A stretch of DNA of 64,000 nt from Lingula anatina (taxonomy: Eukaryota > Animalia > Brachiopoda): positions 558,001 to 622,000 of the forward strand of contig CM120640.1 of NCBI GenBank assembly GCA_051362555.1, read 5' to 3'. Numbering within the stretch: position 1 is the first letter of the stretch; each line of letters opens with the position of its first letter. Under the pieces are notes generated by a model. The model did no database searches. It saw only the letters and a program-made list of their open reading frames with translations, and was not told the DNA's origin. The translations under genes were made by a program, and so were the position numbers. Below, one piece after another: positions 1-11,463 of the stretch.

Positions 1-3000
1 AACACAGCAACTCTCTGTGGTAGTAGATACTGGACTCTGGGCTGAAACACAGGATTACACATATAACATTTAATATAAACTATGAAAACAGTCAAAATCT
101 TACTGTACATGCACTTTGATCACCAAACTGTATTTAATGTTATGCAGGCATGTAGCAAATGGCTATATTCGACATTTCTCGAGGTATATGAACATTCTTT
201 CTATCTGGGAAGAATTATTCTTATTGACAGGTAATCTTTTGGGTGCACCAAATGGTCTGTAAAGGAAATATCCAAAATTAATAAAAATTTCACCTTTGTT
301 GGTTGAGATTCTTGCAGTGTTCAAACTTTTTATCCAGGGCTTCCAGCTGCTCTTGGCTCTCCTGATATGACCAGGGGTAGCAGAACGTGAAGTAGGTGGT
401 GGCACCTCGATACTCCAAGAACCGGTGGGTAAAGCTCAAGATGAAGTCTTTGTCTGCATTCTGGAAAGATAGGATACATATTAGTAACATGTTCTTCATT
501 TTCATTACAATTCTCATTGATTTTATAAAAAAGTTATTGAATTAAAAATGGGGAGCTAAGTGATGAGAACAAAAATAACACACAAGGGAAACCTTGCACA
601 CAATATGATGCTTTTAAATAAGAGCAGTTTATATATATATATATGATCACTGCCACATGTAGACAACAGAAACTTATTGATTTGTACTCCAGCAACTAGG
701 TATAATCCTTTTATTAATCCATGTCATGTAAACTTCATCTAAACTAATGGGGTTCCAAGGGACTAAGATTACACTGCAGATTACACCAGATTTACTTTTA
801 GTGAAAGGAATCTCACATGTACTTACACAATAAGAAAGCAACAAATATAATAAAAATGAAAGTCTAAGTCAATTGCTTTAGCTACAGGAAACACGTGTGC
901 AACTTTTAATATGCAATTTACTCGCATCAGTTGCAATCTGAAAATAAAATCTAGGAGTGGGTCCCCATCTCTAGATCGATCTAACAGGATCGATCCATTT
1001 CTGAGGGGTTAATTACCCTCTAGCAGCTTCAATAGGTGTGACAGACATCTAAGATGCCTAAATTGATTGCAATTTAGTGAGAATCCTCTTGGAGATAGAT
1101 TGATCCACAGTTAGTACGACAGGGTCTGGGAATGGCCCTTAGATCAGGTCCTGGGCACAGAATGACATTAATCCAGTAAGCTTAAATTACTTCTCTGTGG
1201 AAGGCTTGTCAACAATTTTCTTTACATGTACATGGTTCACAATTCCACTAATTTAGAGAAGACTCAGAACAGAAGACTCAGTACAGAAGACTCAGAACAT
1301 ATTCAGACACCATACACACACCTCCCATGTGGGTCTGTCTCTAATCCTCTCCCACTTTGGTTTACCAGGGACAGTCTTCACCAGAGGGGCATGGCCCTGG
1401 CTGTACAGCTTGCCTTGCTTGTTCAGGTTCATGATGTTAATCTTGATGAGGCGACCTGAGGACCCGCCCCGAACACCAAAGTGGAACCAAGTTCTGGAAT
1501 GGAGCAACACGTAATTTACCCAAATGAGTAATTAATACCATATTTGCATTTTTTTCAAGTTTTAAAGAATATGTTTTCACACTCTTTAGAATAACTGTTT
1601 GAGTGTTTCAAATAGAAATATGATGCAAATAGAAATAAATAAATACTCCATAAATCAACTGATATTTTCAACAATGCAATATTGCTCCTGTCACCCATTA
1701 TACACAAACCACTGGTCTTGCTTACATCAGAATACAGTTTTAGTTAATTGCTAGATTATATTTTGGAAATTTATATAAAGGTATGATCCAAAGATCAATC
1801 TATCTACTCGTCTTGCAGCATTTCCAATATGCATAAATATTCTGGAAAGCCATGAATTCTAGTTTCACTGAATCCCTTTTACCTTCATGCTGATTATCAA
1901 TGACCACTTTAATCAATAAAACATCAAAGCCTTTATTAAAAGCAGCTCTGTCATGCTCAAAGTATTGTTAGACTAAAAGAATCTATTGACCTTCATATCT
2001 GATCAATAGAACCACAGCAAGCTTCTGATTGATGAGGATAAAATGGGAGATTAATAGAAATCATACGTGATGGAAATCCTATTGAATTCAAATATTGCTC
2101 AATGTGTGACAATACTGCAATATGTCTGGAGTTATCTAATTTACAGTAATATGGCTTCAAACCACTTGAGAACCATTTACTTCAAAAGTGTTTTATGGTA
2201 CTTCCAACTTCTTAAAATTTTAATTATATCAAATGAAGAATAAAAACATGCTATGTGGTTTTAGTAAACATATACAACATACTAGTACTAGACTAAGTAT
2301 TATCTGAGTGTGTTGTATGAAGAGTCTCTCCTTCTCTGTTATTTACCTGTTTCCATTCTCAAAAGGAGTCCCTGCACAGTCAGGTTTAGTCCACACATTG
2401 AATTCATAGTCAGGTCTAGGCTCAGTGTAAGACCCACCTGGACAAAGAAAAGATCACATTAATCTTACTGACTTGAAAGATCCTAGGTAGTATTTACTGT
2501 TCTAAGTTCATACTTGAAATGCTGAAAAAAAAAAAAAAAACAGGTGTTTACAAAAGATACCAGGTGTTTACAAAAGATACCCTACTGTATACAATATAAC
2601 TATGCCCACATAGAATTAAATAGTAAAGTTCTAATCTTTAGAACCAATTACATAAATACAAAGCCATGGAGTTGGGTGAACTTGGTAATGTACAATGACA
2701 AGTAGCACCTGTTCATATTATCCTGATAGACAAACTTGTATTGTAGCATGTGTGCATGCCTGCCTGTGTTTGAAAATGCATACAAAGATGACAATTGTAA
2801 GGGTAGGGAATAACAAGCTTAGACAACAGATAATCTCACAAACTGAGAATGTTGATCTATCAAAGAATATCTGGGCAATAACCAAGGCTTGTCCTTGCTT
2901 CTATCCGTCACTGCTTACCTGAATCGCCTTCGTCATCTCGTGTGACCCTCTCTACCCTAGCGAGATTCCCAGAGTCAAACTTGGAGGTAAAAAGCAGCCC

Positions 3001-3018
3001 TCCGCACCGACACTCCAT
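1..3018 (-). CDS. AGBL5: Cytosolic carboxypeptidase 5 (tubulin deglutamylase), 5' part; gene continues beyond the window start
   Basis: Coding exons 3018-2919, 2437-2347, 1493-1322, 460-294 and 41-<1, all GT-AG and phase-compatible. Translation [23 protein letters not shown]...[27 protein letters not shown]...[27 protein letters not shown]...IYYHRELLC matches the CCP5 N-terminus as I recall it (human [20 protein letters not shown]). Confidence 0.93.
950..1140. mobile_element. Internally deleted, inverted copy of a palindromic MITE family (see 26373 and 48412)
   Basis: CTAGATCGATCTAACAGGATCG and GTTAGTACGACAGGGTCTGGGAATGG are reverse complements of the two ends of the 48412-48668 copy. Confidence 0.75.
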
Positions 3019-4178
3019 CGTGTGGAGACAATCACATCTAAAATAGTAGAAGTCACACATGAAAAAGATCATATAACAACAGTCTCTCCAGTATATACAC
3101 AGTACCGTAAAGACGTCTTCCTGTGGTAATGTTTAAAGCATGGAAAGACACAGGGTTGTAGTTAATTATCCAAAATTTAACTCTGATAGGAAAAAAAATG
3201 CTCAGTAAATATTTAAAGAAATTATGTAACAATATTGCTGCAATGTGTTTTTTACTCTGAGCATTTGGATTATAAGTAAAAGGTCCCCATTTCACAGCTG
3301 TAATGATCTGTGAGATAAGACCTCTTTTATCTATGTAGATTGTTTTATGACTTATGTCCTGCTGAGATATCTGTTGTTAATGTCTCATATGATATCAACA
3401 TGATATCAACATGGTTCTGTATTTTTATTTCATGTTTAGATCTACTTCTTTAAATTTTATTTGGAAGCATAATCATGATAGAAATGTCTGGTTTAGATTC
3501 TTTTCTTTAGAATTTCACAACAAAATATATAACAATATGATAATAAATAGATAATAGTCACTTATTCATTATTTTTAATGTTCCTTCTTCGTCATGATAT
3601 AAATCTTCCAACCACCATAAAAAGAAAGTCTAATCTGCTAAACTCTATGAGCTGCTGTACAACTTCAGTGATATGTACTAGTACATGTACCATAAACACT
3701 GATGAACATGTATATATTAAAAGATGAGACATTCTTCATTAAGAATCAGTTCAGTTGATCAGCTATGGAATAGAAGGTTTTTTAGAAATAATATGTACAG
3801 AGTAACAGTGTGAGCAATATAAATGAAATGAGAACCATCAGATCATAGAAGACAGCTGTCACAGCTTCTGGCCTCAGAAGACATGGTGCTGCTACAAGCC
3901 TCTCTTCTCGTTATTTCGCAATTTGCATACAAATTTTAGTACTCAAACGTGATACTGAATATTAAGTTTCACTAAGCAGAACATAGTCACCAACGGAAGC
4001 ACAAGAACAGCATACTGTGCAAGTACACATATAAATTATATTACAATAACAAGTAATGTTTCAACTTTTCAAGACTTGTCTACGTTGTGAGCTTCTTGAA
4101 CTCAAGTTCAAGAAGCGATTTCTACATAGGACAACCCAACTCACAAGGGATATTCTTGAAAATGAAGTGTGCATTTAC

Positions 4179-4500
4179 CTTTTTTAATTTTTTCCTATCC
4201 CTTTTCTTCTGACATGTACTAACTAGGAAATCCTGGGTCGTAGTTTTTAGATTGAAGTACAGAATAAACTATCCGTTGCTGTCACATGACCTAAATCTGG
4301 CCTTTAATTGGCTCGTTTAGCTTGGTCACATGATAGCTAAAATGGCCGATAAATGTCCCATTTTCGAGCACCTGATGCCTCTAGTACAACAGAGGTCTTG
4401 AACGTTGTGCATGACAAAATTGTTTTGTAAAATTTAACTAACCAAATAATTAGTATTAGCCTTTGGCTTAAAAAGATGTGAGCGGGTTGGGAAAGACCGC
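4179..4500 (-). promoter_or_regulatory. Probable AGBL5 promoter and non-coding first exon
   Basis: Minus-strand donor (gtaaat) at ~4178, local CpG enrichment, two TCACATGA E-box-type motifs (~4282, ~4326) and a YY1-like AAAATGGC (~4339). The matching acceptor is at 3038. Confidence 0.5.
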
Positions 4501-5781
4501 GAGTATTTTAGTATACATATTTTAAAGTTTGGATCACTGAGGTAGTCAATGCCAAAAAACGAGGATATATTTTTACCAGAAATTTTGGTCCAAGAAAAGT
4601 TGTGTTGCAGTGTGGTTTATCAATCACTTAAGAAAACACAGGGCACAAGATTTTCAACAATTAAAAAAGAATATATTTTTTTAAACTAATTATGTCAATG
4701 TCCCCTTCATTTTATTTTCCTGCATAAGCCAAATTCAGTTACTTGCATTCTTTGACATTTTATTTTCGGTAAATATTACAATTTTTGAGTAGGAGCAATC
4801 GTATAACTAATAACAATATGTCATATGCTTGGAAACAGGCCAAATAATGCTCTTCCTGTACTCCTATTAATTTTAATTACATTTTCTTTGCCTATATTTT
4901 ACATTATATACATGTTTGTATATTGAACTAGTACAATGGAAGGGAAAACATGAATAGCAGTGTTAGAGACCCGACTATTCAGTCTTGCTTGGAAACATTA
5001 GTGTCAACTATTTGAAAAGTGCATCAGAATTTTTGGAATTATTACACTCTATGAACCATTAACTTAAAATTATGGAAAAGAGGCATATCATTTTAAGTGA
5101 GGTATACTTCACAAAAATGAAAAATACACGCATATATATTAACATGAATGAATTATAATTGTACGCCCAAGAAATCTAAATTATAAAAAAATAAAATTAT
5201 GAAATCAAATCTCTCTCAATAATCTGTGTTGAAAGTCCATTCATAATTGTTCGATATATGCTTATTGATAAATAAAAATATCACAGTTTTCCCACAGCTT
5301 TAAAATTTACTTTTGGAACCATTATAATGCCATTAATTCAGTGAAGCCCAGATTTATGATTGTTTAGCAAATGTATATACAGAATTTTTCATACATGCAG
5401 GGTTGAATTCAGTGTCCCAAGCTCTCCCAACTCAATGGTGCTCTCTCATACTGGGACAGGTATATTGTGCTGCATGATTTACAAATTAAAAAATCTCATT
5501 GCTCTTATATATATTAATGTTTTGTTCTGTCCTCTCTGCCATCCAAATATCTCATCCCATTGCTATGTACTTATCATATATTTGTACTTAATTGTTCTTT
5601 TATCCCTGCAATCCAAATATCACTTTTCTCAATTTTAGGTGAATTTTCCACCTTTCATGTGTTTATTTTTAACTCTGGAAGTTTGGTGCCCCCCTGAGTC
5701 ATAGTGGCTTTAACATGTACTTACAGTAGTCTGCATGAATCCAGCCCTGCCTTGGGGCCTCCAGTAAATAAACTTAACATG

Positions 5782-8700
5782 AAACTAGAGGATCAGAGAG
5801 GCGATACCGCCTCCGTATATTGTACCACCAGCTGGAGCAAGCGCATTCATACAGACCCCCACATACACAAAGTAAGGGACACAGCCACCAGTCTTGTGCT
5901 TGACAAGCTGTAAAAATGCAATCAACAAGAATTTTCAAAATATGCAAAAAATATGTATAACTTAAATGGTACAATCAAAGTTTATTCATCGTAAGGTAGG
6001 TCAAAGGTCAATTTCAAGGTCACATTTAGATTGCCAGTATATGACTTCCTATTCAAGTTCTATAGTAATTATGGACCTATCTCAGCCAGTTTTGGAGAAA
6101 AAAGGGAAGCAAAATATGCAAAGTTCAGTTCATGGTAAAAAGGTCAAAGGTCAATTTCAAGGTCACAGTAAATTGCCAGAATATGACTTCATATTTAACT
6201 TCAATGGTAACTATCAACATATCTCTGCCAGTTTTGGAGATAAAAGGGAAGCAAAATTTGCAAAGTTCAGTTCATGGTGAAAAGTAGGTCAAAGGTCAAT
6301 TTCAAGGTCACAGTAAGATTGCCAGTATATGACTTCCTATTCAAGTTCAATAGTAACCATGGACATATCTCTGCCAGTTTTGAAGATAAAATGGAAGCAA
6401 AATATGCAAAGTTCAGTTCATGGTAAAAAGAAGGTCAAAGGTCAATTTCAAGGTCACAGTAAATTGCCAGAATATGACTTCATATTTAACTTCAATAGTA
6501 ACTATGGACCTATCTCTGCCAGGTTTGGAGTTAAAAGAGATAGAAATTAGCAGAGTTCAGTTCATGATAATAAGTAGGTCAGAGGTCAATTTCAAGGTCA
6601 CACTTAGATTGCCAGGATATGACTTCCTATTCAAGTTCAATAGCAACTATGGACCTATCTCTGCCAGTTTTGGAGATAAAAGGGAATCAAAATTTGCAAA
6701 GTTCAATTCATGGTGAAAAGTAGGTCAAAGGTCAATTTCAAGGTCACATATAGATTGCCAGTATATGACTTCCTATTCAACTTCAATAGTAACTATGGAC
6801 CTATCTCTGCCAGGTTTGGAGTTAAAAGAGAAAGAAATTAGCAGAGTTCAATTCATGGTGAAAAGTAGGTCAAAGGTCAATTTTAAGGTCACATTAAGAT
6901 TACCAGTATATGACTTCCTATTCAAGTTCAATAGAAACTATGGACCTATCTCTGCCAGTTTTGGAGATAAAATGGAAGCAAAATTTGCAGAGTTCAATTC
7001 ATGGTGAAAAGTAGGTCAAAGGTCACTTTTAAGGTCACATTTAGATTGCCAGTATATGACTTCCTATTCAAGTTCAATAGAAACTATGGACCTATCTCTG
7101 CCAGTTTTGGAGATAAAAGGGAAGCAAAATTTGCAAAGTTCAGTTCATGGTGAAAAGTAGGTCAAAGGTCAATTTTAAGGTCACATTTAGATTGCCAGTA
7201 TATGACTTCCTGTTCAAGTTCAATAGAAACTATGGACCTATTTCTGCCAGTTTTGGAGATAAAGGGAAGCAAAATTTGCAAAGTTCAATTCATGGTGAAA
7301 AGTAGGTCAAAGGTCAATTTCAAGGTCACATATAGATTGCCAGTATATGACTTCCTATTCAACTTCAATAGTAACTATGGACCTATCTCTGCCAGGTTTG
7401 GAGTTAAAAGAGAAAGAAATTAGCAGAGTTCAATTCATGGTGAAAAGTAGGTCAAAGGTCAATTTTAAGGTCACATTAAGATTACCAGTATATGACTTCC
7501 TATTCAAGTTCAATAGAAACTATGGACCTATCTCTGCCAGTTTTGGAGATAAAATGGAAGCAAAATTTGCAGAGTTCAATTCATGGTGAAAAGTAGGTCA
7601 AAGGTCACTTTTAAGGTCACATTTAGATTGCCAGTATATGACTTCCTATTCAAGTTCAATAGAAACTATGGACCTATCTCTGCCAGTTTTGGAGATAAAA
7701 GGGAAGCAAAATTTGCAAAGTTCAGTTCATGGTGAAAAGTAGGTCAAAGGTCAATTTTAAGGTCACATTTAGATTGCCAGTATATGACTTCCTGTTCAAG
7801 TTCAATAGAAACTATGGACCTATTTCTGCCAGTTTTGGAGATAAAGGGAAGCAAAATTTGCAAAGTTCAATTCATGGTGAAAAGTAGGTCAAAGGTCAAT
7901 TTCAAGGTCACATATAGATTGCCAGTATATGACTTCCTATTCAACTTCAATAGTAACTATGGACCTATCTCTGCCAGGTTTGGAGTTAAAAGAGAAAGAA
8001 ATTAGCAGAGTTCAATTCATGGTGAAAAGTAGGTCAAAGGTCAATTTTAAGGTCACATTAAGATTACCAGTATATGACTTCCTATTCAAGTTCAATAGAA
8101 ACTATGGACCTATCTCTGCCAGTTTTGGAGATAAAATGGAAGCAAAATTTGCAGAGTTCAATTCATGGTGAAAAGTAGGTCAAAGGTCACTTTTAAGGTC
8201 ACATTTAGATTGCCAGTATATGACTTCCTATTCAAGTTCAATAGAAACTATGGACCTATCTCTGCCAGTTTTGGAGATAAAAGGGAAGCAAAATTTGCAA
8301 AGTTCAGTTCATGGTGAAAAGTAGGTCAAAGGTCAATTTTAAGGTCACATTTAGATTGCCAGTATATGACTTCCTGTTCAAGTTCAATAGAAACTATGGA
8401 CCTATTTCTGCCAGTTTTGGAGATAAAGGGAAGCAAAATTTGCAAAGTTCAATTCATGGTGAAAAGTAGGTCAAAGGTCAATTTTAAGGTCAAATTATGA
8501 TTGCCAGTATATGACTTCCTATTCAACTTCAATAGTTACTATGGACCTATCTCTGCCAGTTTTGATAAAAGGGAAGCAAAATTTGCAAAGTTCAGTTCAT
8601 GGTGAAAAGTAGGTCAAAGGTCAATTTCAAGGTCACAGTAAGATTGCCAGTATATGACTTTCTATTCAACTTCAATAGTAACTATGGACCTATCTCTGCC

Positions 8701-9698
8701 AGTTTTGGAGATATAAGGGACTAAATGTTATAATTTTGGAGTTACCATAATGTGCCATAAATTTCCTACAGAAAAAATTAATTAAAATAAAGAAAAGGTC
8801 ATTTTGGTCAAAATTCTTGAAATGGGAGGTGCTCTGAAGTTCCAGAAGTTCAAATTTGATGAAATAATGTCATTTTTGACCACAAGTTGTCTGCTTTGCC
8901 AAGCCTTATATATTTTTTTTTTCTGGAGTTCAGAATTTATTATCCATTACCGTACTGCACATTTTGCTTTCACCACCAATATGTACTTTTTGACACAGCG
9001 TAACTCGAAAACCATATGGAATACAAAAAAACGGAGACCACATTCTGTGTTGGGCTTTACATGCTCTACAAAATGCAAAAAAAGAATGGGTCTCTAGCGT
9101 TAACAGTTCCCGAATTAGAGACAGTTTTCAGTTTCGGTATCTTATGGCCGCTACTCCTGACCCCAAATTCACGAAGATGAAAGATGACCTGAAGGGTAAC
9201 AACTTCCAATAATATTATTGGTTAAGTCTGTGTGGTGTCTGAATAACAGGGCAAATAATTTTTTTTTTCGTAAAAAAATTAATTTTTTTGAAAATTTTGG
9301 CCCGTTTGACCTTGAAATAGAGGTCAAAGGTCAAATCCAAGGGCATATTTAAAATCTACACATATGACTTTTGGAAAGCCGTCTGTAGAAATTTTTCCCA
9401 TAATTCCTTCCGTAGGGTAGATAATTAGCATTTAATTTTGCCATTTTTAGACAAGGGTGCATTGCAATGAGTGCCACACCTAGACCCCAATACCGACAAA
9501 GCCCAAATTTTACGTGGAACGAGTTGAGATTATAGGTGACCTAAATCCAAGAGATGGGTACGGGGGCCCTTACCGTCTAGGAGGAGAAGCGGTAACGGTA
9601 GCCGTCCGGCGGAGCCGCAGGAGCCAGCGGAGCCGGCGGAACGATCCGGACGGGACTAAAACCATGTGTACCGCCAGTGCTAACGCTGGTGGTACAAT
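5782..9698 (-). mobile_element. Non-autonomous Helentron/DINE-1-like (HINE) element with central tandem repeats
   Basis: 14 bp subterminal inverted repeats ATTGTACCACCAGC (5819-5832) and GCTGGTGGTACAAT (9685-9698). A partial inverted copy beside one of them forms a hairpin (9667-9696), and a GAGGCG-ATAC-CGCCTC stem-loop lies near the other end (5798-5813). Short GC-rich repeats at ~9600-9650, an internal satellite and no transposase ORF. This matches DINE-1/HINE architecture. Confidence 0.7.
5990..8720. repeat. Tandem array of ~19 monomers of ~145-146 bp with a 582 bp (4-mer) higher-order repeat
   Basis: AGGTCAAAGGTCA recurs about every 145 bp from ~5998 to ~8611. Identical spurious ORFs recur at 6765/7347/7929 and 7202/7784, exactly 582 bp apart. 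Confidence 0.97.
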
Positions 9699-11463
9699 GA
9701 CTTACAGAAAGTTTACAAAGAACACTTATGGGACAACACAATCTACTTTGAACAATTAATCACTGCCTTTAATGTTGTAATTAATATTGTCATTCATCAT
9801 GACATATTTATGGTGAAGCTCTGAACCAGGTAACTTAACTGTATCAAATTTCATTAATAAATTTACTTATGAAACAATAAACATTTCTTGAATGTCAAAT
9901 AGAAAGCAAATACAATAACTAAGTACAAAACTTATTGCACAGTTTCACATTTGATTGACCATTAACACAAACAAGACATTGAAAATCTAAATATTGATTT
10001 AAATGCCAGGTAAAGAAGTTAAAAGGTATGCTATCTTTATTAGATCACTTCCCAAATCATTCCCAATGTCAGATCCTTAAAAGTGATAAACCCCCTTAAA
10101 TACAAGTACCTGATGGGGATATTTATTTCTGATATGTACAGGAAGACAAGGTGGTCTAAATGTCTGTCAGTCATTTAGAACTATGTAACTTAATTAGAAA
10201 TGGTAAAATACTATAAATCCAAGTGCAGGGATGGAAAATTGCATTTTTTGTTTTTAAGGAAAATTCAATTCGACAATAAACACCAAGACAGGATACCTTT
10301 TACTGAAGACCTGGATATGTGCTGTAAAGATATGTACAACTTATATTCTAAAAGTATACTTCAAGTAAGTTATAGTGTGCATTAAGATATATACAGCCGA
10401 CATTTTGATAGCACACTTTAAATAAGTCATTGTAGGCTTCAACTGAAGCATCAGACTGAGTCTCTTTATTTCACCATGGTGAAAAATAAATGGTAGGCAA
10501 AATGAGGCAAATATAAAACAGTGGACAAGTTTTTTTCATCATAATTTGTAGTGCACAGGGATTGAGATTTGTTGGCTTTTGCTTTGTTTGATATGTTATA
10601 CTGTCACCTATTTTCTTTTTGGAGGCCAAAGGTTGGTGATACTTACAAAACAACAAATACACCCCACTCCTGTTCCACCACGGTAATCATACAGGATAAA
10701 CTTATATTATGCATAATGTGTTTTCACTTTACGTAAATCAGTGAGGTGAATAATTAACTTGCATTTTGCTAGAACATAAAATATACAATTTTAAGATCTG
10801 TTCACTGATTATAACCATATTTTTGAAAGCATTCAAATGTAGGTATTACCTGTAATACTTCAATTAAGCACCTAAGCACATAAACATATAATAATAAAAT
10901 GTTGTAGTTATAAACACAGAGCCCCTGTTCACTCAGGCACTCTACAAATGATCCATTAGCAAGTCACTTTCTCTTGTGGGCAAGTACAATTTTAGTTCCA
11001 TGACCACAGAAATCACTAATGCCAGGCAAATAATTCTGATGGGTACATCAAGTCCTGCCTTTTATTCTCCACCCTTGTTGCCCTACTGCCAGAAGACCTG
11101 GGGGGCAGCCCATCCGTCCAAAAAAAAAAAGAGGTTTGCTTGAACATGATTTTGGGTTGTAAAAATAGTGGGAATAAATGTTCTGTGGCATTATGATGGG
11201 GGGGATAAGTTGTAAAAATGCCAATAAAAATTGGATTTTTGATTTAAAAAATCTGTGAATCAGACATCCATTTGGGAGAAATGGTGTAATTCCCAGATCC
11301 TCTGCTAATAAGGGAATATGGCACTGATCTCATATTTAGCAAAAAATATTAGTTCAACTCAAGGTGACATTTTAGTAAGATAAAAGGAAAAAAAATGGAA
11401 AATTCAAGTCATTATTCAGGAGCCTTAAAACAGCTCCATTCCTTCAGTGCAAAGACCATCTAA

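Noticed and set aside
5966-8171. Repeated 73-104 aa ORFs (MTSYSTSIVTMDLSLP...)
   Set aside because: Translations of the satellite monomer; no splice structure or recognisable domain.
5990-8720. Regularly spaced repeats resembling a CRISPR array
   Set aside because: The whole unit repeats with no unique spacers, and the context is eukaryotic with no cas genes.
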